Source of the DNA: Bryobacterales bacterium | GTDB taxonomy: Bacteria; Acidobacteriota; Terriglobia; Bryobacterales; UBA6623 | DNA: 64,000 nucleotides | Direction of reading: 5' to 3' | Assembly: GCA_963422375.2 (NCBI GenBank) | Contig: OY729427.2 | Coordinates: 1,440,001-1,504,000 of the forward strand | Shown here: piece by piece, positions 48,322 through 57,945 of the stretch | How the letters are laid out: every line of letters starts with the position of its first letter | Position numbering within the stretch: the first letter of the stretch is position 1 | Notes under the pieces: model-generated | What the model was told of the DNA's origin: nothing | Databases searched by the model: none | What the model saw: the letters and a program-made list of their open reading frames with translations, nothing else | Made by a program: the position numbers and the translations under genes

Positions 48322-51291
48322 CTAGTTCAGCGCGAGCGAGACGGAATTCGACTCGCCGGAAGCGTTCGCGGCGGTAACCGACACCGTCCCTAGGTCGTCG
48401 AACTCGCCCTCGTCGAAAGTGAATTCCGCCGACGCCATGAACTGGCTCCCGAAGCTGACCGATTGGTTCCCGCCGAAATAGGTCCGAAAAGCCTGCGAGA
48501 CATCGGCCTCGAAGCTCGGCGTCCGCAGATCCGAGCCCGTGACGCCGGCGAACGAGAACGACAGCTTGTCTACTTCGCGAGCGGAGGTGTAACCCGTGAC
48601 CTGAAGCGTGAAACGGCCCTGCCCGGCGTTGCCGAGAACGACCCGCTGGAGCACCGGCGCGGCCTTGGCGACCTGGAAGCGCACCTCGGGCAGCGTATCG
48701 GGGGTGATGTCGATGGAGCCTGCCTGGGCTTGCGCCTGCTCCATGCTCTGCGGGATGCCCTCGCTCACGGATATGAAGCGCGCCCGCACCACGATCTCGC
48801 CTGCCACGGTGCCCGTCTGGAAAGCATTGGTCGTGGCTTGGTTGCGGAACTCGGCCGCGGTCTGGCCGCTCGGGATCGAGAACGGCACCTGGCGGCCGCC
48901 GGTAGCCCACTGCACCGACGGATCGGTCGTGAAGACGTCCGTCTCGAAGGCGAGGGTCAGCACGCCCATGATGTCCGTCGAGTAGGGCTGCTCCAAGCTC
49001 AGCCCGACGGAGACCTGCTCGGCCGCGCCGACCGCGCCGCCGCTCGAGGAGTAGGTCACCGCGGGCAGGTCGGGAATCTGAATCGAGAACCGCACCTCGG
49101 GGGGGGGGCCGGGGGTGAAGTCCAAGCGCCACTCCTCGGCAGCCCAGCTGGCCGTCACCACGACCTCTCCCGCGACCTTCGCCGCGCGGAACTTGGCCTC
49201 GCTGCCCTCCGCCCCGAACGCCGCCTCGGTCTCGCCGACCGGGATGGTGAACGCCACCTGCCGACCGCCGGTAGCCCATTGCACGGCCTGCGTGACGTCC
49301 AAGTCTTCCGGGAGGAACTGGAGGGAGAGCATGCCGGTCACCTCCACCGGGTACGGCGCGGCGATGCGCGCTCCCAGCGAGACGTCCTCGTTCACGCCGA
49401 CACTGCCGCCGACGCGCGTGAAGCTGAAGGCGGGATCCTCCGGGACTTCCACTCTGAAGCGCAGTTGCGGAGCCGGGTCCGGCGTCAGTTCGAGCCGCCA
49501 CTCGGCGGCCGCCAGGCTGGCGCTGACGACCACCTCCCCGGCGACCGTGCCCGCCCGGAATTCCGCCACCGCGCCGGACGATCCGAAGTCCGCCTCGGTC
49601 GCCCCGGCCGGGATGCTGAACTCCACCTGCCGGCCGCCGGTAGCCCACTGCACGGCCTGAGCGGCGTCGAGGTCCTCCGCGAGGAACTGCAGGGACAGCG
49701 TGCCGGTCACTTCCACCGGGTACGGCGCGGCGATGCGCGCTCCCAGCGAGACGTCCTCGTTCGCGACAAGCGTGCTGCCGTCGCGCGTGAAGCTGAAGGC
49801 GGGATCCTCCGCGACCTCCACGCCAAAGCGCAGTTCCGGAGCCGGGTCCGGCGTCAGGTCCAGCCTCAGCTCGTCGGCCGCGAGGCTGGCCGTGACGACC
49901 ACCTCCCCGGCGACCGCGCCTGCCCGGAACTCCGCCGTCGCGCCGGACACTCCGAAGTCGGCCTCCGTCTCCCCGGCCGGTATCGCGAACCGCGCTTGCC
50001 GGCCTCCGGTCGACCACTGCACCGACGGGTCGCCGTCAAAGTCGGCCCCGAGAAACGCCAGGTCGAGCGTGCCTGAAATGTCGTAAAGGAACGGGCTCGC
50101 GAGACTCAGCCCCAGCGGGACGCGCTCCTCGGCGCCCAGCGTGGCACCCTCGCGCGTGAAGCTCACGGAGGCCAAGCCGGGCAGGGTGTAGGACAGCCCG
50201 AACTCCTCGTCGTCGATCATCAGCGTGCCCGAAATCGTTCCCACCTCGCTGGGCCGCGGCTCCAATTGCACCGTGATCGAGTCCTGCGAGCCAAGCGTCG
50301 CGGGAAGATCCGGGGCGTCGGTCGCCTCGAACGGGCCGGTGACCGCGATGCGCCGCACCAAATGCGAACTCGCGCGGGAATTGAGCGCGACCACGGCGAC
50401 GCTCGCTACGCCTGATGCGAATTCGATCTCCGCACCAGCCGCGACATCCGCGACCGTCTGCGGGAATCCGTCCGCCGCGTAGGAGATGAGCCGGTACTTC
50501 AGGAGCTCGCCTCCGGTGCCGGCCAGGCCGAATCGCCTCCGCCCCGCGCCGAAGTCCATCGTCAGTTCGCCGCGGTAGTTCTCTCCGCGGGCGGGCGCGA
50601 ACCCCAGCTGGAAGCTCACGCTTCGGCCGGGCTCGAGGCGAGCCGGGAACGCCGACGGGCCGGCGATGCGGAATGCCGCGCTCCCCGCAACCGTGACGTT
50701 CCGCACATCGCTCGCAGCCGAGCCGGCGTTCGTCAGCGTCAGCATGAGCTCCGACGTCTCTCCGGTCGGCCTGTGCCCGAAGTCCACGATCCCGCCCAGC
50801 GGCACGGGCTGCGATCCCCCGCCGGGCAGCATGTAGCTAAGTCCGAGGGACGGGGCCCGGCCCACGAGACCGACGGAATACACTCTCTCCTTCGGCCCGA
50901 AGTCGTCGCCTTCCTCGGTGACCACTTCAAGAGTCGCGTAGGCGGGTCCGGGACCCGAGGGGATGTAGACGACGTAAATCTCGATCCGCAGCTCGTTGCG
51001 AATCGCCACGGGGAAGGTGTCGATGCCCTTGACCTCGCTGGTGAACTGCCCGGAACCGCCGCGGATTCGAACTTGCTCCAGCCGCAGGTCGTCCCCGCTC
51101 GTAGGGCGGAAGGTCAAGTACACGCGCTTGGTGACCATCTGGCCAGCGCCGGGAGAGTCGAATTCGACCGCCTCCCCGACGACGGACGGACTGTTCACGC
51201 CCTGAACCATGATGTTCACCTGGGCGTCAAGCGGCATCGTCGATGTCGCTCCCAAGAGCACGGTAGCGATCGCTGTTAGGAACGTCTTCAT
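48322..51291 (-). CDS. Large secreted Ig-like protein (choice-of-anchor-D/ASH-like N-terminal domains plus four ~123-aa repeats)
   Basis: Signal peptide MKTFLTAIATVLLG; VDFG..LTLTNAGS..FPARLEPG..F.P Ig-like units; four QW(S/A)TGGRQ..F.IP.G repeats. Confidence 0.8.
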   Translation of the reverse strand: MKTFLTAIATVLLGATSTMPLDAQVNIMVQGVNSPSVVGEAVEFDSPGAGQMVTKRVYLTFRPTSGDDLRLEQVRIRGGSGQFTSEVKGIDTFPVAIRNELRIEIYVVYIPSGPGPAYATLEVVTEEGDDFGPKERVYSVGLVGRAPSLGLSYMLPGGGSQPVPLGGIVDFGHRPTGETSELMLTLTNAGSAASDVRNVTVAGSAAFRIAGPSAFPARLEPGRSVSFQLGFAPARGENYRGELTMDFGAGRRRFGLAGTGGELLKYRLISYAADGFPQTVADVAAGAEIEFASGVASVAVVALNSRASSHLVRRIAVTGPFEATDAPDLPATLGSQDSITVQLEPRPSEVGTISGTLMIDDEEFGLSYTLPGLASVSFTREGATLGAEERVPLGLSLASPFLYDISGTLDLAFLGADFDGDPSVQWSTGGRQARFAIPAGETEADFGVSGATAEFRAGAVAGEVVVTASLAADELRLDLTPDPAPELRFGVEVAEDPAFSFTRDGSTLVANEDVSLGARIAAPYPVEVTGTLSLQFLAEDLDAAQAVQWATGGRQVEFSIPAGATEADFGSSGAVAEFRAGTVAGEVVVSASLAAAEWRLELTPDPAPQLRFRVEVPEDPAFSFTRVGGSVGVNEDVSLGARIAAPYPVEVTGMLSLQFLPEDLDVTQAVQWATGGRQVAFTIPVGETEAAFGAEGSEAKFRAAKVAGEVVVTASWAAEEWRLDFTPGPPPEVRFSIQIPDLPAVTYSSSGGAVGAAEQVSVGLSLEQPYSTDIMGVLTLAFETDVFTTDPSVQWATGGRQVPFSIPSGQTAAEFRNQATTNAFQTGTVAGEIVVRARFISVSEGIPQSMEQAQAQAGSIDITPDTLPEVRFQVAKAAPVLQRVVLGNAGQGRFTLQVTGYTSAREVDKLSFSFAGVTGSDLRTPSFEADVSQAFRTYFGGNQSVSFGSQFMASAEFTFDEGEFDDLGTVSVTAANASGESNSVSLALN
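48680..50170 (-). repeat. Intragenic tandem repeat, period 369 bp, four units
   Basis: CGCGCGTGAAG at 49413, 49782 and 50151 (369 apart); 51-bp identical block at 49343-49393 and 49712-49762. Confidence 0.9.
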
Positions 51292-51346
51292 GGCACTTCT
51301 TCCGTGGTTCGGTCTGGAACACTGCATCGGTCGCTTCGCGGCTCCG

Positions 51347-51928
51347 TCAGCGCGGGGTGGAGATTCCCACGTTGCCCAAGCGGATAGACGTCGGCGCGAC
51401 CGGCGGCTCCTCTTGGTCGCGCAGCGCCGCCGCGAGGACTCCCACTGTCGCCGCGGCACTGATGGCGGCGATCATGCGCCAGCCGATGCCGCGACGCTTG
51501 GGCTTCGGCTCGCCGGGCGCCACCGCGTTCGACTGCGTGATTGTCGCGCTGGCCGCCATGTTGTTGTACTCGGCCTCGACTTCGATCTGGAAGGAGCCTT
51601 CCACGGTGTTCGGCAGCGTTCCGGTGACGCGCACGCGTCCTTGCTCGTCCGTGGTCATCGTGGCCACGCGGGACGCGCCGAAGAATGTCACGCTCGGGCC
51701 CGAGGCGGGGGCGCGCAACGTGACCGCCGCCTTGGGGACGGGCTTGCCGGAGGAATCCACCACCTCGATCAACGGCTCCACGGCGACGTTGCTGTTGATG
51801 TTGTTGATGCCCCCGTCCCCCGCAAGCACGCGGATCTGGAGCGCGGCATCAACCCCCCGGGCCAGCGGGGTCACCGCCAGCAGGGCGCTCAGCGCGGCTG
51901 CGAGGACTTTGTAAGAGAGGTGAGCCAT
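51347..51928 (-). CDS. Secreted/membrane-anchored Ig-like hypothetical protein
   Basis: Signal peptide, GDGGINNI, VVDSSGKPVPKAAVT..PASGPS, TTDEQGR, C-terminal TM; same orientation as the large Ig protein. Confidence 0.75.
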   Translation of the reverse strand: MAHLSYKVLAAALSALLAVTPLARGVDAALQIRVLAGDGGINNINSNVAVEPLIEVVDSSGKPVPKAAVTLRAPASGPSVTFFGASRVATMTTDEQGRVRVTGTLPNTVEGSFQIEVEAEYNNMAASATITQSNAVAPGEPKPKRRGIGWRMIAAISAAATVGVLAAALRDQEEPPVAPTSIRLGNVGISTPR

Positions 51929-52075
51929 GTACCCTCCGGGGCAGAGCGCCGCCCGCGCGGCCACTCCCACTCCAATCGCACCAAGACCGCCCGCCCGCCG
52001 AATAGCCAAGCGGGGCTGTCAACGTAGAGACGATCCGACGGCTCGGCGGGTTACAGCGAACTTGGGCGCGACCGG

Positions 52076-53260
52076 TCAGGCGGGCGCGGCCGCGCCCGCC
52101 CCGACCCGACGGAAGCCGAGTTCCTCGAGCAGCCCCGCGATGTCCTCGTCGGTAAGGCCCTTGCGCGTGTCGGCCAGCTTCGTGAATGCAGTGTACACCG
52201 CGCGAATTTCCTCCCGCCCGAGGTCCCCGTAGCCAAGGTCGGCCACGCGCTGGTGCAGCGCGTGGCGCCCGCTGTGCTTGCCCAGGATCAGCTGCGACGC
52301 CGGCACGCCGACCGACTGGGGCAGCATGATCTCGTAGGTCGAGCGGTGCTTGAGATAGCCGTCCTGGTGGATGCCGGCCTCGTGAGCGAACGCGTTGCGT
52401 CCGACGATCGCCTTGTTCGGCTGCGGCCCGAAGGCGATGCACTCGCTGAGCGTCCTGCTCGCGCGGCAGAGCTGCGTCGCGTCGATGCCGCAATGGAACG
52501 GCACGCGGTCCTGGCGCACCATCAGGATCGCCACGACCTCCTCGAGGGAGCAGTTGCCGGCGCGCTCGCCGATGCCGTTGAGCGCGCACTCGATCTGGCG
52601 CGCGCCCGCGTTCAGCGCGGCAATCGCGTTGGCCACGGCCAGCCCCAAGTCGTCGTGCGTGTGGACGCTCACCTCGGCCCGCCCCTCGAGCGCGTCCACC
52701 ACGCGGGCGACCCGCTCCGCGTAGTCGTCGGGCGTCATGAAGCCGACCGTGTCGGGGATGTTGACCACGGTGGCGCCGGCATCGACCGCCGCGACGCACA
52801 CCCGGCACAGGTAGTCCATCTCGGTACGGGTGGCGTCTTCGGCGGAGAACTCCACGTCGTCCACGAAACTCTTCGCCTGCCGGACGGCCGCCACGGCCTC
52901 GTCGAGGACCTGCTCCTGGGACTTGTTGAACTTGTAGCGCAGGTGGATCTCGCTGGTCGCGATGAAGCAGTGGATGCGCGGTCTCGGATGGCCGTCCAAG
53001 GAGGCGGCAGCGCGGTCTATGTCCACGGGCACGGCCCTGGCCAAGGCGGCCACGCACGATGCCCGGTGCTCCCGGCAGACGGCCCGCACCGCCTCGAAGT
53101 CCCCGTCGGAGGCGATCGGGAAGCCTGCCTCGATGACGTCGGCGCCTAGGTCGGCCAAGACCCGCGCGACGCGCAGCTTCTCGGCCGTCGTCATGCTGCA
53201 GCCCGGCGATTGCTCGCCGTCCCGCAGCGTGGTGTCGAAGATATGTACTCGGTCGGTCAT
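52076..53260 (-). CDS. leuA: 2-isopropylmalate synthase, short form lacking the C-terminal allosteric domain
   Basis: IFDTTLRDGEQSPG, IEAGFP, FSAEDATR, NIPDTVG, HTHDDLG, GIGERAGN, NKAIVG.NAFAHEAGIHQDG, GKHSGRHA; 394 aa. Confidence 0.85.
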   Translation of the reverse strand: MTDRVHIFDTTLRDGEQSPGCSMTTAEKLRVARVLADLGADVIEAGFPIASDGDFEAVRAVCREHRASCVAALARAVPVDIDRAAASLDGHPRPRIHCFIATSEIHLRYKFNKSQEQVLDEAVAAVRQAKSFVDDVEFSAEDATRTEMDYLCRVCVAAVDAGATVVNIPDTVGFMTPDDYAERVARVVDALEGRAEVSVHTHDDLGLAVANAIAALNAGARQIECALNGIGERAGNCSLEEVVAILMVRQDRVPFHCGIDATQLCRASRTLSECIAFGPQPNKAIVGRNAFAHEAGIHQDGYLKHRSTYEIMLPQSVGVPASQLILGKHSGRHALHQRVADLGYGDLGREEIRAVYTAFTKLADTRKGLTDEDIAGLLEELGFRRVGAGAAAPA

Positions 53261-53355
53261 GTAGCCCGGTCCCCCGGAGCTCCCAATACCCAGTAGAACG
53301 CAGCCAGTCCAATAAGGCAAATTTATTCTTCTTGCGAATGGCATAAGATATGCAA

Positions 53356-54249
53356 ATGGATCTGGCCCTCCTGCGTCTGTTCGAGACCGTGGCCGAGGAG
53401 GGCAGCTTCTCCCGCGCCGGGCAGCGCCTTTTCCGGTCGCAGCCGGCGATCTCCCTAGCGATGAAGAGGCTCGAGGAGGATCTCGGGCACCGGCTGATCG
53501 ATCGCAGCTCGCGCAGGCTGCACCTGACGGACGCGGGACGGACGGTGGCCGCCCACAGCAAGCAGCTGCTGGAACGCGAGCGCAAGCTGCGGGTCGCTCT
53601 CGAGGAGCTCCGCGACCTGCAGGCGGGCACGCTCGTGATCGGGGCCAACGAATCGACGGCGCTGTACCTGCTCGGTCACGTCGAGGCCTTCCGCCGGCGG
53701 CACGCGGGCATCCGGGTCGAGCTGCGGAGGAGCCTGTCGAGCCAGATTCCCGAGGCGGTGCTGGCCGGTTCCCTGGAGCTCGGCGCGATCAGCTACGACC
53801 CGGGCGATCCGCGGCTGAAGACCTACCGGCTGTACCGCGACCGGCTGACGTTCGTGGTGTCCCCCGAGCACCGCTTCGCGGCGCGCAAGCGGGTCGGGAT
53901 CGGCGAGCTCGGCGCGGAGATATTCATCGCCCACAACGTCGTCTCTCCGTACCGGGCTCGGGTGATCGAGGCGTTCCGGCAGCACCAGGTGCCGCTCAAC
54001 ATGGAAATCGAAATGCCGACCATCGAGACCATCCGGCGCCTCGTGCAGCGCAACCTCGGGGTCGCCTTCCTGCCGAAGATGTGCGTGGAGCAGCAGATCC
54101 GAGCCGACGCGCTGCGCGAGATCGAGGTCAGCGAACTCGTCCTGGAACGCACCGTGCGGCTAGCCTACCCAGCTCGCAGGTCGGTCTCCCACGCGTCGCG
54201 GGCCTTCCTGGAACTCGTCGGCGAGCAGCCGCCCCAGTCCCCGCCGTGA
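53356..54249 (+). CDS. LysR-family transcriptional regulator, divergent from leuA
   Basis: MDLALLRLF..VAEEGSFSRA..LFRSQPAIS..LEEDLG HTH; ATG 53356 (alternative 53350). Confidence 0.93.
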   Translation: MDLALLRLFETVAEEGSFSRAGQRLFRSQPAISLAMKRLEEDLGHRLIDRSSRRLHLTDAGRTVAAHSKQLLERERKLRVALEELRDLQAGTLVIGANESTALYLLGHVEAFRRRHAGIRVELRRSLSSQIPEAVLAGSLELGAISYDPGDPRLKTYRLYRDRLTFVVSPEHRFAARKRVGIGELGAEIFIAHNVVSPYRARVIEAFRQHQVPLNMEIEMPTIETIRRLVQRNLGVAFLPKMCVEQQIRADALREIEVSELVLERTVRLAYPARRSVSHASRAFLELVGEQPPQSPP

Positions 54250-54296
54250 TAGGATTGGCGCCGGACGGCGCTCCGCCGGTCCCGGCCGCGCGCCAC

Positions 54297-55475
54297 GTGA
54301 AGGTCTGCTACCTAGACTGCTTCTCCGGGATCGCCGGGGACATGCTGCTCGGCGCTTTGGTCGATGCCGGCCTGGAGCTGGACACCCTGCGCTCGGAGGT
54401 AGCCAAGCTCGGCATCGAGGGCATCGAGATCGAGGCGGAGCGCGTGAAGCGGGGCGGCCTCTCGGCCGCCAAGATCCACGTCAAGGCGTCGCGGGACCAT
54501 GCGCACCGCTCGCTCTCCGCGATCGCGCGCATCATCGGGAAGTCCGACCTCGCCCCGGAGATCAAGGACGACTGCCTGAGAGTGTTCCGCCGGCTCGGCG
54601 AGGTCGAGGCCCGAGCCCACGGCATTCCCGTGGAGAGGGTCCACTTCCACGAAGTCGGCGCGCTGGACGCGATCGCGGACATCGTCGGCGCTTGCGCCGG
54701 CGTTCGCGCCCTGGGAATCGAGCGGATCCGCTGCTCGCCGATCAATCTCGGGAGCGGCACCGTGCAGGCGGCGCACGGCACCATGCCGGTCCCGGCGCCA
54801 GCGACAGCGAGGCTCGTGGAGGGAGTGCCGACCTACTCCGACGGGCCCGCCGTCGAGCTGACCACGCCCACGGGGGCGGCGCTGGCCGTGACGCTCAGCC
54901 GCGACTTCGGCCCCCCGCCGGCCATGCGGATCGGCGCGAGCGGGTACGGAGCGGGCAGCCGGGACCTGCCCGGGCGCGCCAACGTGCTGCGCGTGCTCGT
55001 CGGCGAAGACGGCCGGGCCGACGCCCCTCCCGAAGAGGTTTGGGTGCTCGAGGCGAACATCGACGACATGACGCCGGAAATGGCCGGCTACGCCGCCGAG
55101 CGCCTGCTGGAAGCCGGAGCGCTCGACGTGACGGTCGCGCCGGTCTACATGAAAAAGAACCGGCCCGGTTTCACGCTGTCGGTGCTGGCGGCCCCGAGCG
55201 ACCGCGAGGCGCTCGGCGCGCTCATGCTGTCCGAGACATCCACGATCGGGATTCGCGAGACACCGGCCCGACGAAGGACTCTGGAGCGCTCGTGGATCCC
55301 GGTGCGGACGCAGTACGGCACGGTGCGGGTCAAGGCGGCGGGGCCAGCGGGCCGCCCGTCCGGTTTCGCCCCGGAGTACGATGACTGCCGGAGACTCGCC
55401 CGCGAGCACGCCGTTCCCTTCAAGGCCGTGTGGGACCAGGCGCATCACGAGTACATGCGACGCGTCGGCTCGTAG
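54297..55475 (+). CDS. larC: Nickel-pincer cofactor nickel insertase LarC
   Basis: YLDCFSGIAGDMLLGAL, HFHEVGALDAIADIVG, AHG.MPVPAPAT, ELTTPTGAA, LEANIDD, MKKNRPG, ETSTIGIR, PEYDDC. Confidence 0.93.
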   Translation: MKVCYLDCFSGIAGDMLLGALVDAGLELDTLRSEVAKLGIEGIEIEAERVKRGGLSAAKIHVKASRDHAHRSLSAIARIIGKSDLAPEIKDDCLRVFRRLGEVEARAHGIPVERVHFHEVGALDAIADIVGACAGVRALGIERIRCSPINLGSGTVQAAHGTMPVPAPATARLVEGVPTYSDGPAVELTTPTGAALAVTLSRDFGPPPAMRIGASGYGAGSRDLPGRANVLRVLVGEDGRADAPPEEVWVLEANIDDMTPEMAGYAAERLLEAGALDVTVAPVYMKKNRPGFTLSVLAAPSDREALGALMLSETSTIGIRETPARRRTLERSWIPVRTQYGTVRVKAAGPAGRPSGFAPEYDDCRRLAREHAVPFKAVWDQAHHEYMRRVGS

Positions 55476-55966
55476 CGTCGGCGCGCAGCACGCGCTCCGG
55501 GGGAAGCCGGGGCCTCCGGGGCGGAGCGCGATGGGAGACGTTCGCCCCTGCGCGCCGGCGCCGCGTCCGCGACGGACCACCGAGGGGGTCCTCAGAGCGG
55601 GCCGGGAGCGCCCGGGCAGATCGACCGACTCGCAGGCGGCCCCGGCGCGCGGCGATCGATACCGGAGTTTCCCCGCGAGCAGGGCGAGGGAGAGGCTCCA
55701 GAGCCTGGGCGGCGGGGGACGGGCGTCGCGCCGCACCGGGCGATGTCACGGATCGCGCCGACCAGCGTGGCGGTCGCGACGGCGGCCCGGAGACCGCCCG
55801 AGAGCGTGCGGCCGACCCCGGCGCGTAGCGAGGGGCCAGCGTGGCCGGTCCCGTCCGCACCCACCCCGCCAGGCCACGGACGGGCGGCGAAGGGCGCGCA
55901 GGCGGCCTCTCGACGGGGCGATTTTGGAGCGCCGGGCCCGTGCGAGACTAGGGAAAGCCGCGCCAG

Positions 55967-57922
55967 ATGCCCAAGTTCTACGTCACGACGCCGATCTATT
56001 ACGTCAACGCCGCCCCGCACATCGGGCATGCGTACACGACGATCGTGGCCGACACGATCAAGCGGATCCGTCGCATGCTCGGCGACGAGGCCTACCTCAC
56101 GACAGGCACCGACGAACACGGCCAGAAAGTGGAGAGATCGGCCCGCGAGGCCGGCCTGGAGCCCAAGGAATTCGCCGATCGCGTCTCGGGAGCCTTCCGG
56201 CGCGAGTGGGACGAGCTCGGGCTCGGCTACGACTACTTCCGGCGCACGAGCGACCCCCGCCACGCCCTGGCGGTGCGTCGTGTCTTCGAGCGCTGCATGG
56301 CGAACGGAGCCATCTACAAGGACTCGTACACGGGCAAGTACCACTTGGGAGACGAGGCGTTCGTCACGGACGAGGAGGCGGCGGCCGCGGATCAGGACAT
56401 GATCACGACGGTCACCGAGGAGAACTACTTCTTCCGCCTCTCCGCGTACCAGCAGCCGCTGATCGACCTCTACGAGTCGCAGCCGGAGTTCATCCAGCCC
56501 GACTCGCGCCGGAACGAAGTCCTGTCATTCGTGCGGAGCGGCCTCAAGGATCTCTCGATCAGCCGGTCCAGCCTGCGCTGGGGAATTCCCCTGCCGAACG
56601 ATCCCGGGCATGTCTTCTACGTCTGGTTCGACGCACTGACGACCTACATGAGCGCGCTCGGCTACGGAGAAGAGGCGGCCGCGGCGACCGACTGCGAGCG
56701 GCTCTGGCCAGCGGACGTGCATCTCGTGGGCAAGGAGATCGTCCGGTTCCACGCCGTGTACTGGCCCGCGTTCCTCATGGCGGCCCGCCTGCCCCTGCCG
56801 CGACAGGTCTGGGCGCACGGCTGGCTCATCTTCCAGGGCGGCAAGATGTCCAAGTCGAAGGGCAACATCGTCCGGGCGCTCCCCATCAAGGAGGTCGTCG
56901 GAACGGACGGTCTCCGCTACTACCTGCTGCGGGAGATCGTCTTCGGCCAGGACGGCAATTTCTCGCTCGAGGCCCTTGCCACGAGATACAACGCCGACCT
57001 AGCCAACGGGATCGGCAACCTGGCGAGCCGCACGGCGTCCATGCTCAAGCGGTACTGCGGGGGGACCGTCCCGGCATCCCGCGGCGGTGACGACGGCGGC
57101 CTGCCCGCCGTGGCCGCCGACTGCGTCGCGGCCGCGGTGGGCCACTACCGCCGGTTCGCTTTCTCGAAGGCCCTCGAATCGGCTTGGACGCTGCTTGCCG
57201 GAGCCGACAAGTACATCGTCGAGCACAAGCCCTGGGTCCTGGCCAAGTCCGGCGAAGACTCCGACCGGATCCAGCTCGAAGCCACGCTCTACAACACGTC
57301 CGAGGCGCTGCGCCTCGCCGCGGCCCTGGTGTCCCCGGTCATTCCGGCCGGGGCGGAAAGAATCTGGGCCCTGCTGGGCCAGGCGGGCCATGCGGCGGAC
57401 CAGCGGCTCGACCGACTCGAGTGGGGCGGGTTGCGGCCGGGCGCGGCGACAGGCCCGCCGGAAGGGGTGTACCCGCGGCTCGACGTCGGCAAGGCGGTCA
57501 AGCGAATGGAGGAACTCGAGCAGCGCGCCCTGGCGGAGCAGGCCGAGCTCATGGGCCGCGGCGGCACCGAGCAGCGGACCGCCGCCGCCACGCCCGCAAT
57601 CGAGATCGGCGACTTCGCCCGGGTTGACATGCGCGTGGGGCTGGTGCTGGCCGCCGAGCGCGTGAAGAAGTCCGGCAAGCTGCTGCAGCTCCGAGTGGAC
57701 ATCGGCGAGCCGGAACCGAGGACCATCCTCGCCGGCATCGCCGAAGCCTACGCGCCCGGCGAGCTCGTCAACCGGCGCGTGGCGGTGGTGGCCAACCTCA
57801 AGCCGCGCAAGATGATGGGACGCGTGTCCCAAGGCATGGTGGTGGCCGCCTCCCTGGACCGGGGCCGGCCCTTCCTCGCCGCGTTCAGCGACGAGACGCC
57901 GCTCGGCGCGCGACTCAGCTGA
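55967..57922 (+). CDS. metG: Methionyl-tRNA synthetase with C-terminal tRNA-binding (OB) domain
   Basis: TTPIYYVN..PHIGH, GTDEHGQK, YVWFDAL, GKEIVRFH, KMSKSKGN, C-terminal VANLKPRKMMG.VSQGM. Confidence 0.96.
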   Translation: MPKFYVTTPIYYVNAAPHIGHAYTTIVADTIKRIRRMLGDEAYLTTGTDEHGQKVERSAREAGLEPKEFADRVSGAFRREWDELGLGYDYFRRTSDPRHALAVRRVFERCMANGAIYKDSYTGKYHLGDEAFVTDEEAAAADQDMITTVTEENYFFRLSAYQQPLIDLYESQPEFIQPDSRRNEVLSFVRSGLKDLSISRSSLRWGIPLPNDPGHVFYVWFDALTTYMSALGYGEEAAAATDCERLWPADVHLVGKEIVRFHAVYWPAFLMAARLPLPRQVWAHGWLIFQGGKMSKSKGNIVRALPIKEVVGTDGLRYYLLREIVFGQDGNFSLEALATRYNADLANGIGNLASRTASMLKRYCGGTVPASRGGDDGGLPAVAADCVAAAVGHYRRFAFSKALESAWTLLAGADKYIVEHKPWVLAKSGEDSDRIQLEATLYNTSEALRLAAALVSPVIPAGAERIWALLGQAGHAADQRLDRLEWGGLRPGAATGPPEGVYPRLDVGKAVKRMEELEQRALAEQAELMGRGGTEQRTAAATPAIEIGDFARVDMRVGLVLAAERVKKSGKLLQLRVDIGEPEPRTILAGIAEAYAPGELVNRRVAVVANLKPRKMMGRVSQGMVVAASLDRGRPFLAAFSDETPLGARLS

Positions 57923-57945
57923 AGGACGGGCCCTCGAGGGCGCGC

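Noticed and set aside
48680..50170. Repeats as a DGR template/variable pair or a CRISPR array
   Set aside because: They are in-frame protein-domain repeats with a 369-bp period; differences are not adenine-specific and there is no reverse transcriptase or cas gene.
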